From a virus (taxonomy: Duplodnaviria > Caudoviricetes), in the IMG/VR virus record IMGVR_UViG_3300028610_000868, positions 1 to 56,787 of that record: a stretch of 56,787 nucleotides of DNA. One strand, given 5' to 3'. The translations under genes were made by a program, and so were the position numbers. The notes under the pieces were generated by a model. That model was not told where the DNA came from and ran no database searches. It saw only the letters and a list, made by a program, of their open reading frames with translations. Position 1 is the stretch's first letter, and every line of letters starts with the position of its first letter. Shown in pieces: positions 39,901-48,946 of the stretch.

Positions 39901-41841
39901 ATGTCTATCCCAGCAAACCCCTTAAATGAATCAGGAAGCACAACCTTCCGGCACATTCTTGTTGCATTTAAATATGCGGAAGATGCTTTTGATGTTAAAG
40001 AATTTAATCCGCAGGGCGTTACTGTTGGGGGGTCTGTAGAAGGGGTAGGCCCGAACATGGTTGTTATTAATGAGTTTACTGACCAACGTTTTAGTATACC
40101 AGAGGCTATTTGGGATTTTGATTTTACCCCGTGTATAGGGGTGAGTACTTCAACAAGTGTTGGTAAACTGGTAGTTGCCGATAGATTTGTGCCATACAAT
40201 TTTATAGGGTATCTTCAGAGGGAGGTATTGTCCCATTTGAATAAGGATGCTAGTGGTGCAAAGAATTTAATGTCCTTATCCCATGCAACGTTTATGCTAA
40301 AAACAATATTTACTGTAGATGAATCGACGGTGGATTCTCTTGGGGATGATGTTAGATCCCCAGACACAGTTAGAATAAATCCGTTTTTCTTTAATATTGA
40401 CAGTATCGAATCAGTGCCAGAGGTCGGATCAATAACGCCCCACACTCACATTTTGCATGTAATGGGGGCTTCTAATACAACTGGGTTGTTGCGTTCGTTC
40501 TCCAGCGTATTTCAGATGAATATAACACACAAAGAGGACACCATACACACAAAGATTCCACGGGGTACTGGTACTGGTAGCACGCTTAGATTTAGGGAAC
40601 AAGAAGATCAAGAGAACAACCAAAAGAGAAAGGACAGGATGGATTTGTCTAAACCAATGACAAGTCTTAAAGATATATTTGAGGGTTTTGAAGCTGATCT
40701 GAATCAATTGAAATACACTCACCAAGGGCAATTACAAGAGTGGCTTGAGGAGATAAATGTTTCTCATTTACATAAAATTACCGGTTCCATAAAACAAACC
40801 AAAGAACCATCCCCAGAACAGTTACCGATAAGTTATAAAATAGATCTTGACCCCCTTTATGATGATTACCAAATTGATAATCGTAATATGCCGTTTGAAC
40901 AACCAAATATACCACAGAATGAGAACGGAATACGGGTATTTCCAGTAAGACCCGGAGTCCACATTTTGGATTTGATATCAGACATAATGCTTTTATCCAA
41001 ACAGATAGGCGTAGATGCTATAAAAATCACACCGAAGACATTCAAAGTGACTGTGACTGCCATAAGAAAAAGAACGAATGAGATTGGGTATGAGATAAAC
41101 ATCAAAATACGAAGATATGATATCCCACGAAACGGTATTATACATGGGAAAACTATAGCGGATAATATTGTGGTGGATAAGGGACCGGGGGAAGCTGGTG
41201 ATAATGCTCTCCATTTTTTCTTAAATGACCCACTGGAAGGGGATGTTGATGTTGTGGCGTTCAAGTCTCATATTAATTATGATTCTGGAGATAATATGTT
41301 GGAGGAACAGGTTGAAGCTTCCGGTACCAACATTGTTTATGGGGATAGAGAACAAGCTACAGCAGAACGCAATCTAACCGTACCCTTCTTTCAATCAATC
41401 TATAGTGGCATAAGGCCGATGGTTGGTTCATATATTATTGATGGTCTTGAGAGTGCTCAACAGGCTGGTAATGTTGTTAATTTGATGGATAGATATACTT
41501 ATACGCAGACGACTGATTATGAACTTGTCATTCTGGGTAATCCCTTTCTTTTATCTGATATAAACCGCAACCCAAAGGATGTGGTAAATGATGAGGATGG
41601 GGTTGTACATTACTACCCAAAACCAGAAGTGAACCCCATGTATCTTAGACTTACAATATTTGAAAAGAGCCAGACTGATCCAGTTGAAGGTGCGGGTGAA
41701 GAAAATGAGGATATACCGGAAAGATTTTATTATGATGGGCATTACCACATAGCCAGAATAGTCAACAAGTTTGGTATAATTGGTGGAGGGAGATCTTTCT
41801 ACCAGAATTTAATATTGAAACGCGGAGATACCTTGGTGTGA
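39901..41841 (+). CDS. Baseplate hub protein (gp27-like)
   Basis: NPL N-terminus, LVILGNP, FYYDGHYHI..IVNKF...F.Q.L C-terminus; follows gp53. Confidence 0.65.
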   Translation: MSIPANPLNESGSTTFRHILVAFKYAEDAFDVKEFNPQGVTVGGSVEGVGPNMVVINEFTDQRFSIPEAIWDFDFTPCIGVSTSTSVGKLVVADRFVPYNFIGYLQREVLSHLNKDASGAKNLMSLSHATFMLKTIFTVDESTVDSLGDDVRSPDTVRINPFFFNIDSIESVPEVGSITPHTHILHVMGASNTTGLLRSFSSVFQMNITHKEDTIHTKIPRGTGTGSTLRFREQEDQENNQKRKDRMDLSKPMTSLKDIFEGFEADLNQLKYTHQGQLQEWLEEINVSHLHKITGSIKQTKEPSPEQLPISYKIDLDPLYDDYQIDNRNMPFEQPNIPQNENGIRVFPVRPGVHILDLISDIMLLSKQIGVDAIKITPKTFKVTVTAIRKRTNEIGYEINIKIRRYDIPRNGIIHGKTIADNIVVDKGPGEAGDNALHFFLNDPLEGDVDVVAFKSHINYDSGDNMLEEQVEASGTNIVYGDREQATAERNLTVPFFQSIYSGIRPMVGSYIIDGLESAQQAGNVVNLMDRYTYTQTTDYELVILGNPFLLSDINRNPKDVVNDEDGVVHYYPKPEVNPMYLRLTIFEKSQTDPVEGAGEENEDIPERFYYDGHYHIARIVNKFGIIGGGRSFYQNLILKRGDTLV

Positions 41842-41877
41842 TTAATTCACAAACTAGAATCAGTTGCACCCGGTCAG

Positions 41878-41885
41878 TATAAATA
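41878..41885 (+). promoter_or_regulatory. T4-type late promoter TATAAATA
   Basis: Exact match upstream of portal gene. Confidence 0.75.
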
Positions 41886-41911
41886 TAGCAAAGAACATAT
41901 AGGATGTACAC

Positions 41912-43621
41912 GTGAAAAGCAATAGTATACAGACATATTTTAAGATTGTTGACCCTAAGTCACCCAACGTGTCGATACAGGATAATCAGGACATTTCTGG
42001 TAGTCGTGGATTATATGGTAATCACGGTTGGTATCAGAGAATAGTTCAAGGATCAACCACCCGATTAGTACGTTATCGTGAGTTTGATGTCATGGATAAT
42101 GACATTGATGTTGCTCGTGCTCTTGATATTATGGCCGAGGAAATGACAGGTAATAATCCTAAGACTCGTATGCCGCTTAACATTATGATAGAGGCTGGAT
42201 CAGAGGAAAATATCCCCGGTCACGTCTTTGCAACATTGCGTGCTGCTCTTAAAACATGGACCAGAGTACATAATTGGCAGGGTGGCCGGTTGTTTTACTT
42301 AGCGAGGAACATGATCAAGTATGGTGACTGTTTCTTTGAACGAAATAAGAACAAGAACAAGCGGTTTAAATTTATCCATCCGAAGCATGTTATAGGTGCT
42401 ATTGTTAGTGAAGATGATATCACAGACATCCGTGGATGGCATGTGCAGCAAGAGTATAAGAAGCCAAACCAATATTGGCAATCAAGTGTGGCATTTCAGA
42501 CTAGCGGTGATTTAGCTGACCATAATGTTCAGTCACTAGACAAAGATAAAGTGGTACGTTTCAGTATTTTGGATGATACCTCCGATGAGGCACCGTTCGG
42601 TATTTCCGTTTTACGCCCAGCATATAGGGTATTCAAACAGAAAGAATTATTGGAAGATTCTATTCTAATTTATAGAATTTCAAGAGCCCCGGAAAAGAGA
42701 GTATTTTATATAGACGTTGGTAATAGGCCAGATCATCTAATTCCGGGTGTGTTAGAAAGATTCAGGAACCAGATCAAGCAGAAGAAAGTACCTACTCGTT
42801 ATGGTGGAAAATGGCAGGTTGAATCTGTCTATAACCCGCAGAGCATGAACGAGGATTTCTATTTTGCAAAAAGACCAAATGATGGTGGTTCAAAAGTAGA
42901 GACTTTACCGGGAGGTCAAGGTCTTGGTGAACTAACAGAACTAGATTATTTCTATCGTAAGATGTGGCGGGCGCTACGTATCCCATCATCTTATCTTGGA
43001 ACATCAACTGAAGATGGCCAAGCTGTAGAGAATGAAGCCCGTGTTGGTATTGCATACATTCAAGAAATTAAGTTTAGTCAATACATTCAACGTCTTCAGA
43101 GATATGTTGAAGATGTATTGGATGCAGAATTTAAACGCTGGATATATGATTCCGGCATTCACGTGGATTCTACCATCTACAGAATTACCTTACCTGAACC
43201 TTCTGATTATCAAGCATCTCGTCAACAAGCTATGGATGCTGATCTACTTGGTAACTTTACAACTGCCGAAGGTATACCGTTTATTGCAAAACGTACTGCT
43301 TTGGAGAGATATGCTGGGTGGTCTAAGGATGAAATTAAACGTAATGAGGACATGATCCGCATTGAAAAGGGTCTACAGGCAACGGGTGATGATCGTGATT
43401 TACCAATGATTTACCAGCCAGAAGATGCAGAAGCTGGTGGATTTGACGGTGGCACGGGCGGTGGAGGTGGAGCGGGCGCTCCTCCCTCAGAAGAAGGTGG
43501 CGATGAATTAGAGGATTTGGAAGATGAAGGTGGAGAAACTAAAGGTGGGGAAGGTGGAGAAACTGGCGAAGAAACCACATTAGGCCAAGCATCTGAAACT
43601 CCAGCACCGGAAGCTGCTTAA
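41912..43621 (+). CDS. gp20: Portal protein (gp20-like)
   Basis: LLEDSILIYRISRAPEKRVFYIDVGN, SMNEDFYF, VETLPGGQ, ALRIPSS. Confidence 0.97.
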   Translation: MKSNSIQTYFKIVDPKSPNVSIQDNQDISGSRGLYGNHGWYQRIVQGSTTRLVRYREFDVMDNDIDVARALDIMAEEMTGNNPKTRMPLNIMIEAGSEENIPGHVFATLRAALKTWTRVHNWQGGRLFYLARNMIKYGDCFFERNKNKNKRFKFIHPKHVIGAIVSEDDITDIRGWHVQQEYKKPNQYWQSSVAFQTSGDLADHNVQSLDKDKVVRFSILDDTSDEAPFGISVLRPAYRVFKQKELLEDSILIYRISRAPEKRVFYIDVGNRPDHLIPGVLERFRNQIKQKKVPTRYGGKWQVESVYNPQSMNEDFYFAKRPNDGGSKVETLPGGQGLGELTELDYFYRKMWRALRIPSSYLGTSTEDGQAVENEARVGIAYIQEIKFSQYIQRLQRYVEDVLDAEFKRWIYDSGIHVDSTIYRITLPEPSDYQASRQQAMDADLLGNFTTAEGIPFIAKRTALERYAGWSKDEIKRNEDMIRIEKGLQATGDDRDLPMIYQPEDAEAGGFDGGTGGGGGAGAPPSEEGGDELEDLEDEGGETKGGEGGETGEETTLGQASETPAPEAA

Positions 43622-43685
43622 ATTTTGTCCGTAAAAAGCCCAATTACCATAAATAATTAAGAGTATAGCGTTTTACAGAGGCGAA

Positions 43686-44108
43686 ATGAAACAATCGTTC
43701 CTAAATGAGATCATTATGGGAAGCACCGAACGGAGTGTTGACACCTCGTTCAGTAATTTTTTGCATGGTTCTATCAAATTAAAATCATTGAGGGAAAGTG
43801 GCACTGATGATTCTATGATAGATGATCTTGTTGTCTTTATGGAGAGTGATTCCGAGTTACACACACAGATGTCTGATCTTCGGAACACTTTGGTTAAGCA
43901 TTGGAAAAGGAATGAATATGACACCCTACTTGCTGAACAGGCTTGGTCCAGAATTGTTTCTGATGGTGTCAAGGCATATGCAGTTAAGATTCTTAAAGAA
44001 GAAAGGTTATGGGAAGAGTTTGTTACATCAGAGACCCGTCAGGCCGTAGTTAAAGGGCTTGAACATGGTCATCAGATATTACTAAAAGCAATTAAAAAAG
44101 AAGGATAA
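43686..44108 (+). CDS. Hypothetical head-associated protein
   Basis: 140-aa ORF with GAGG SD and CATAAATA upstream; N-terminal MKQSFLNE. Confidence 0.65.
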   Translation: MKQSFLNEIIMGSTERSVDTSFSNFLHGSIKLKSLRESGTDDSMIDDLVVFMESDSELHTQMSDLRNTLVKHWKRNEYDTLLAEQAWSRIVSDGVKAYAVKILKEERLWEEFVTSETRQAVVKGLEHGHQILLKAIKKEG

Positions 44109-44113
44109 TTATT

Positions 44114-44293
44114 ATGAGTGATAAAGACAGAATTAGAGATATGGTAATGGCTCTTTCTCGTGGAGACCACGAGGAAGCACAAGCTGCTGCTAATGATGTT
44201 ATGGCTGCTAAGACAACTAGGATTACCAACGAAAGCGAAGCAGACGATGTTGACATTAAGGATGTTGATGCTAAGGAAAACAAGGATGAGTGA
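44114..44293 (+). CDS. Prohead core protein (gp67-like), 59 aa; not in ORF track
   Basis: MSDKDRIRDMVMALSRGDHEEAQAAANDVMAAKTTRITNESEADDVDIKDVDAKENKDE; AAGGA SD; helix plus acidic tail like T4 gp67; downstream of portal. Confidence 0.75.
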   Translation: MSDKDRIRDMVMALSRGDHEEAQAAANDVMAAKTTRITNESEADDVDIKDVDAKENKDE

Positions 44294-44377
44294 TAAAGAC
44301 AGAATTAGAGATATGGTAATGGCTCTTTCTCGTGGAGACCACGAGGAAGCACAAGCTGCTGCTAATGATGTTATGGC
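44114..44377 (+). repeat. 92-bp identical direct repeat (44114-44205 and 44286-44377) encoding a shared N-terminal leader
   Basis: Direct comparison; both copies begin exactly at an ATG. Confidence 0.95.
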
Positions 44378-44831
44378 CGCTAAAACTACGCGTCTTAGCG
44401 CCGATGAAGATTTGACGGAAAGAATGAACCCGATGCATCAACGGCTAAATGCCATGGGGAATAGGGGCAGAGCGGCTAGGAATATGGCTCGTGGTGAACG
44501 TGGTATGCGTGGACGTGACAGAATGAATGAAGAGGATGATTATATTCCTAACTGGGACGAGGAGAATCCACAAACATGGGATGTTCAACCAAGTGACGCT
44601 GACGATACTTTAGATCCAGAGTATGTAGCACACGTTAAAGAATTGGGCAAGGTGCTTAGAAAAGATCCACGAAATAGTAAAGAGTGGGAATCCAGATCTT
44701 GGGGATTGGCCAAATTACTTGCAAAGAAGTACAATATACCAGCGGATCATGCTTGGAGAAATTTAGATAATGCCTATTATGGAAGACCACTATGGTCTAC
44801 CTATACGGGCAGGCAGAAAGGCGAAGAATGA
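44286..44831 (+). CDS. Head protein with duplicated gp67-like N-terminus and novel C-terminal domain
   Basis: Likely start is the ATG at 44286; first 36 aa identical to preceding gene. Confidence 0.7.
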   Translation: MSDKDRIRDMVMALSRGDHEEAQAAANDVMAAKTTRLSADEDLTERMNPMHQRLNAMGNRGRAARNMARGERGMRGRDRMNEEDDYIPNWDEENPQTWDVQPSDADDTLDPEYVAHVKELGKVLRKDPRNSKEWESRSWGLAKLLAKKYNIPADHAWRNLDNAYYGRPLWSTYTGRQKGEE

Positions 44832-45169
44832 AACTGCACGAAATTACTAACATAAAATCATCTGGGGATGCTACCAGTTTAAGTGGTGGTAAGTTACCTA
44901 ACATATTCAGGGATAATGTTGACAGTGTTAGTAAATTGCCTCGTACCAAAAAGAAGGATATGTACGGTAGTACTGGAATGAAAACTAGCGTGGATAATTC
45001 CGGCGATGGAGATGTTGGAGATGCAGGCGCTCCTGCTGCTTCACCCTCTGGTGGTGCTGCCCCTGCTGGTGGTGCTGCCCCTGCGGGTAGTGGAGCTGGT
45101 AGTGGTAGTGGTAGTGGAGCTGGAGGTGGTGGAGCCGGTGGTGGAGCCGGTGGTGGAGCTGGGTCATGA
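44828..45169 (+). CDS. Hypothetical Gly/Ala-rich protein, probable internal head protein
   Basis: ATGA overlap start MKLHEI; C-terminal GGAAPA/GGGA repeats. Confidence 0.6.
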   Translation: MKLHEITNIKSSGDATSLSGGKLPNIFRDNVDSVSKLPRTKKKDMYGSTGMKTSVDNSGDGDVGDAGAPAASPSGGAAPAGGAAPAGSGAGSGSGSGAGGGGAGGGAGGGAGS

Positions 45170-45253
45170 GATTAACCGCTTCGCATACGAGATTGAAGTT
45201 AAACCCTCCCATTTGGGAAGTTTTTTCCAAAAACAGCGGGGGATTGGATAAAT

Positions 45254-45523
45254 ATGTTTAAACAGTCATTTAAAGAATATTTGAAAGAATATTATAAATA
45301 CTTTAATTCGTTTTCCGACGTTGTTGATCATCATGATACTGATGATGATTCAGAGAAAGATCACGAATCGGAGAGAAAAAAAGATGATGATTTCGCCAGT
45401 GATGGTGAAAGGATCGAAACTAAAAAGCGTGGTATTAAAAAGAGACATCATCGTCGGGATAAAGAGGATTTGAACCCTCGTAGATTCCGACAATGGATGG
45501 AAATTTCAATAGCAGGCGATTAA
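45254..45523 (+). CDS. Probable capsid-internal protein
   Basis: MFKQSFKEYLKE resembles T4 capsid-targeting sequence; GATAAATA immediately upstream. Confidence 0.6.
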   Translation: MFKQSFKEYLKEYYKYFNSFSDVVDHHDTDDDSEKDHESERKKDDDFASDGERIETKKRGIKKRHHRRDKEDLNPRRFRQWMEISIAGD

Positions 45524-45537
45524 ATTAGGATATTACA

Positions 45538-46290
45538 ATGAACACAAAAGCAAAAACGAAATTATATGAATCCCTAGAAGCCTTTGTTGACGCGGTTGCT
45601 AACAATGATACAGAAGCAGAACGCGATTCTATGAAGTCTTACATTACTGCAAAGACTAAAATTACTTTGGAATCAGGTAAGGAAAACAACATTAAGCTTG
45701 ACGGCAACGATGTATTGGTTGCTGGAAAGAAAGTTGGTACCTTTTCCCATGACGTAGAAGACTCGAAAACTTCCATCCAGTTTGAAGCTGCCGACGGCGA
45801 GAAAGCAGAATTTGCTTCCTTGGAAGAGTTGTATGGCCATATAGCTGAGAAATTCAGTGTGAAAGAAGATGCCATCAATGAAGATGACGTGGCTGAAGGC
45901 GCGGCTGATGTACAACCGGCTGTTACCAAGCAGAAAGCCGGTGCTGATAAGAGAACCAAGCGTATGGCTGACTCCAAGAAAACAAAACAGGGTGATAGTA
46001 AGGAAGGCAGCTATGATGGAGGCACTGATGTGAATATGAGTGACGCTCCTGCACATTCTGGCCATGAAGTTGATCCTCGTCATAAGACTGGGTATTATGA
46101 TCAACATGACCCACGTTCTGGCCATAAGGATAAGATTAAGGGCGGTTCTGACGCGGCACATCCGGGTGCAGCATCTGACATTGAGACAGACGGTAACTAC
46201 GATAAGCACGATGTACGAAAGTCTCATAAAAAGGGTGATCACAAGACTGGTGGTTCTGCCACCACGAAGGGTAAGCACGACAGTAAGTAA
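45538..46290 (+). CDS. Prohead core/scaffold-like protein with gp67-like N-terminal helix
   Basis: LEAFVDAVANNDTEAERDSMKSYITAKTK; located just before prohead protease. Confidence 0.6.
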   Translation: MNTKAKTKLYESLEAFVDAVANNDTEAERDSMKSYITAKTKITLESGKENNIKLDGNDVLVAGKKVGTFSHDVEDSKTSIQFEAADGEKAEFASLEELYGHIAEKFSVKEDAINEDDVAEGAADVQPAVTKQKAGADKRTKRMADSKKTKQGDSKEGSYDGGTDVNMSDAPAHSGHEVDPRHKTGYYDQHDPRSGHKDKIKGGSDAAHPGAASDIETDGNYDKHDVRKSHKKGDHKTGGSATTKGKHDSK

Positions 46291-46301
46291 CGGGGTATAT
46301 T

Positions 46302-46937
46302 ATGGAAACGGGTCTATTAATTGAAACGTTGCAGCCTCACGAGGGTAATATCATTACCGAGGGCGTGACAGGTAAAGATGGTAAGAAGAAGTTTTACCTG
46401 AAAGGTATTTTTATGCAAGCAGATGTTAAGAATAGGAATGGGCGTAATTATCCTCTTTCCGAAATTAGCAATGTTGTATCTACCGCTGCCAATAACATTA
46501 AAACACATGGTGGTATTTTTGGTGAGCTTGATCATCCACAGACTTTGACTATTAATATGGATAGGATTTCTCATGTTATTAAAGAACTGTACATGGATGG
46601 TGCCAATGCTATTGGTAGAGCGGAACTTCTTGATACCCCAATGGGGCAAATAGCCCAGACACTCGCAGAGAGTGGTGCCCGTTATGGCGTATCTAGCCGT
46701 GGTACTGGTGATGTTGGTGATGACGGTGATGTTGGTGGTTACAACTTTGTTACGTGTGATTTGGTTGTTACACCATCTGCCGAGGGAGCTATGCCAGATC
46801 CGATCTACGAGTCGTTGCAGCAAGATGTTAAGGGCCGACGTATTTTGACATTAGCTGAAGCCGTGCAAAATGACCCGAAAGCACAAGAATTCCTTAAGAA
46901 AGAAATCTTGAAGATGTTTGCAAGTATTTTACCGTAA
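46302..46937 (+). CDS. gp21: Prohead protease (gp21-like)
   Basis: GIFMQADVKNRNGRNYP, GELDHP, LDTPMG, GVSSRGTG, DLVVTPSA. Confidence 0.97.
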   Translation: METGLLIETLQPHEGNIITEGVTGKDGKKKFYLKGIFMQADVKNRNGRNYPLSEISNVVSTAANNIKTHGGIFGELDHPQTLTINMDRISHVIKELYMDGANAIGRAELLDTPMGQIAQTLAESGARYGVSSRGTGDVGDDGDVGGYNFVTCDLVVTPSAEGAMPDPIYESLQQDVKGRRILTLAEAVQNDPKAQEFLKKEILKMFASILP

Positions 46938-46959
46938 AAAAGATTGTAAGAAAGATTGT

Positions 46960-46983
46960 AAAAGGGGCGAAAGCCCCTTTTTT
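46960..46983. terminator. Bidirectional intrinsic terminator
   Basis: AAAAGGGGC-GAAA-GCCCCTTTTTT between convergent genes. Confidence 0.85.
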
Positions 46984-47404
46984 ATACATGTGGGTTGAAA
47001 GTCCCAGTTCTGTTCATCTGCATAACGGAATCATCATCACCTAATTTGAAGTTACTGTCATACTCGTCATCGTATACATCAGTATTAGGGAGTAATTCAC
47101 TATCAATTTCTTTGGAGTTTTTCATATTAGCGGCTCTTCGCCTGTCCCTGCTACCACCAAGGCTGTGGCTTAGCTCAATTGCCTGTTGCCCATTTTTTGT
47201 TAGTTCACTGTTGTTATCAACTAGCCCATACTCTTGTAATTCGTACACTATATCCATCATTCGGTCTGAAGCATTATCAAAATCCAAGCGGCCATCATAA
47301 ATCGCTTTAAGTGCTCCGACATGAAGGGGGGATAATTCGTTAAAATTTAATCCACTTTCCATCAATACGTCTTGCACATCATGGCATATATCGGTAACTT
47401 TCAT
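46982..47404 (-). CDS. Hypothetical protein (possible winged-helix)
   Basis: 140-aa ORF with GGAG SD; ELQEYGLV...LTKNG pattern. Confidence 0.6.
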   Translation of the reverse strand: MKVTDICHDVQDVLMESGLNFNELSPLHVGALKAIYDGRLDFDNASDRMMDIVYELQEYGLVDNNSELTKNGQQAIELSHSLGGSRDRRRAANMKNSKEIDSELLPNTDVYDDEYDSNFKLGDDDSVMQMNRTGTFNPHV

Positions 47405-47458
47405 TATTATTATTATTCTCCAATTTCTTGCTTCGTATTATATTTATTCATTTCGTGC

Positions 47459-47487
47459 TTGTCAAGGAGTGTTTTATAGTTTATAAT
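47459..47487 (+). promoter_or_regulatory. Sigma70-type promoter for mazG-def-suppressor tRNA unit
   Basis: TTGTCA-17 nt-TATAAT. Confidence 0.7.
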
Positions 47488-47518
47488 CACATTTTACATC
47501 TTATTGTCGGGGAAGATA

Positions 47519-47896
47519 ATGATGGAATATGAAAACGACGCATTGTATGCTACTATTAAATTATCTAGAAAACTGCAACCTGTTGCCGAGGCTAATGACT
47601 GGAGCATATCTGATGTGCTATCTAAGGCAATAGAGGAGTTGGGTGAATTTTCGGAGGCAGTACAGATTGAACGAGGTAAAATGAAAAACAAGATGAAAAA
47701 GCTAGATGCCCCGTTCTATGAGGCTGCTGATGTAATGCAATGTATTCTGGACACCCTTTCTAGATTACATCCCAATAAGTCTCCGGCGCAGATATGTACT
47801 CTATTATACCATGCTCTACGTAGTAAAGACAAGAAATGGGAAAATGTCGTACTTGCGGAGGCGACAGTGCTTGTGACGCAAGATCATGCCCTTTAA
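47519..47896 (+). CDS. MazG-like nucleotide pyrophosphohydrolase
   Basis: KAIEELGEFSEAV and EAADV motifs. Confidence 0.8.
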   Translation: MMEYENDALYATIKLSRKLQPVAEANDWSISDVLSKAIEELGEFSEAVQIERGKMKNKMKKLDAPFYEAADVMQCILDTLSRLHPNKSPAQICTLLYHALRSKDKKWENVVLAEATVLVTQDHAL

Positions 47897-48404
47897 AATT
47901 CTCAAGCTTGGTAGTGAGGAACTCACAGCACCAAACCTTATAGTGAAAGACCACTGGTTTAAAACCGACCAGCTTAAGCTATTTGCTAATGAGATGTTGG
48001 CGTGTATGGCATTATCTGATGGGATTGGGCTTGCCGCCCCACAGGTCGGCAAGAACATACGGCTGTTTGTAATGAACAATTCTCCAGAAGTTTTGGTGTG
48101 CATCAATCCTGTTATAATTGAGACTTCCGAGTTTAGCAGTGTTTCTTTGGAGGGCTGTTTATCCTTCCCCGGTTTGTACCTTGATATCATACGTCCAATA
48201 ACTGTGAAGGTTGCTTATTTTGATGTGGAAGGAGACTTGGTTGAGAGGGATTTGGATGGTATATTGGCTAGATGTTTTCAACATGAACTTGATCATTTGA
48301 ACGGAATTCTCTTTACTTCTCACGTAAAAAAGATTAAACTAGATCAAGCGAGAAGGAAAGCAAAGATAACGGAAAGAAAGAAGATAAGACGAAAACGAAG
48401 GTAA
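47886..48404 (+). CDS. def: Peptide deformylase
   Basis: GIGLAAPQVG, EGCLS, QHELDH all intact. Confidence 0.96.
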   Translation: MPFKILKLGSEELTAPNLIVKDHWFKTDQLKLFANEMLACMALSDGIGLAAPQVGKNIRLFVMNNSPEVLVCINPVIIETSEFSSVSLEGCLSFPGLYLDIIRPITVKVAYFDVEGDLVERDLDGILARCFQHELDHLNGILFTSHVKKIKLDQARRKAKITERKKIRRKRR

Positions 48405-48405
48405 T

Positions 48406-48482
48406 GGCTAGGTAGCTCAGTCTGGCAGAGCGGGGGTCTCTAAAACCCTGAGTCGAGGGTTCGAACCCCTCCCTAGCCGCCA
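48406..48482 (+). tRNA. Amber suppressor tRNA (anticodon CUA), Trp-like body
   Basis: GGCTAGG/CCTAGCC acceptor, GCTC/GAGC D stem, GGGGT-CT CTA AA-ACCCT anticodon arm, GAGGG-TTCGAAC-CCCTC T arm, G73, CCA. Confidence 0.92.
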
Positions 48483-48507
48483 AATATTTGAAACATTACT
48501 TCCTGAG

Positions 48508-48536
48508 TAGACTTTTTAAAAAAGATGTGCTATCAT
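48508..48536 (+). promoter_or_regulatory. Sigma70-type promoter, likely giving a leaderless mRNA
   Basis: TAGACT-17 nt-TATCAT with TG extension; ATG 7 nt downstream, no SD. Confidence 0.5.
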
Positions 48537-48543
48537 GTTCCTC

Positions 48544-48900
48544 ATGAATAACACAGACACCAAGCGTACCCCAGTAAACAGCTCTAGTATGTGGGAAATC
48601 CTTGTGCCTACGGCAAACAATGAGGGCAAGCCATTTCGTACTAGATACCACAGGGTATGGGATGTAAAAGTTCGTAGGCTTTCCCATGGGTTAACTATAC
48701 TTAGTCCTGTTAGAGGGCAGTTTGTGGCCCCGGATGGGGAATTATTTACAGAACGTATGATTCCTGTAAGGATCATGTGTCCGAGAGAAGATATAAATAA
48801 GATTATTGACTTTACTATGAGATATTATGATCAGGATGCAGTTTTGGCCTACATGATATCCTCAGATTGCATTTTAAAATATCGGGAGACAAGGCAATAA
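48544..48900 (+). CDS. Hypothetical protein
   Basis: MWEILVPT...GLTILSPVRGQF...ERMIPVRIMC...YYDQDAVLAY; protein-like composition. Confidence 0.7.
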   Translation: MNNTDTKRTPVNSSSMWEILVPTANNEGKPFRTRYHRVWDVKVRRLSHGLTILSPVRGQFVAPDGELFTERMIPVRIMCPREDINKIIDFTMRYYDQDAVLAYMISSDCILKYRETRQ

Positions 48901-48946
48901 TGCCAACCACAGGGGTAAAAAATGTATATAACGAAAGGAGAAATTC

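Noticed and set aside
44160-44285. N-terminal extension of the 223-aa ORF in the track
   Set aside because: Out-of-frame reading of the upstream 59-aa gene; the likely start is ATG 44286
48406-48482. Pyrrolysine tRNA
   Set aside because: Has a standard D loop, 5-bp anticodon stem, 5-nt variable loop and TTC T loop, unlike tRNA-Pyl; no pyl genes in window
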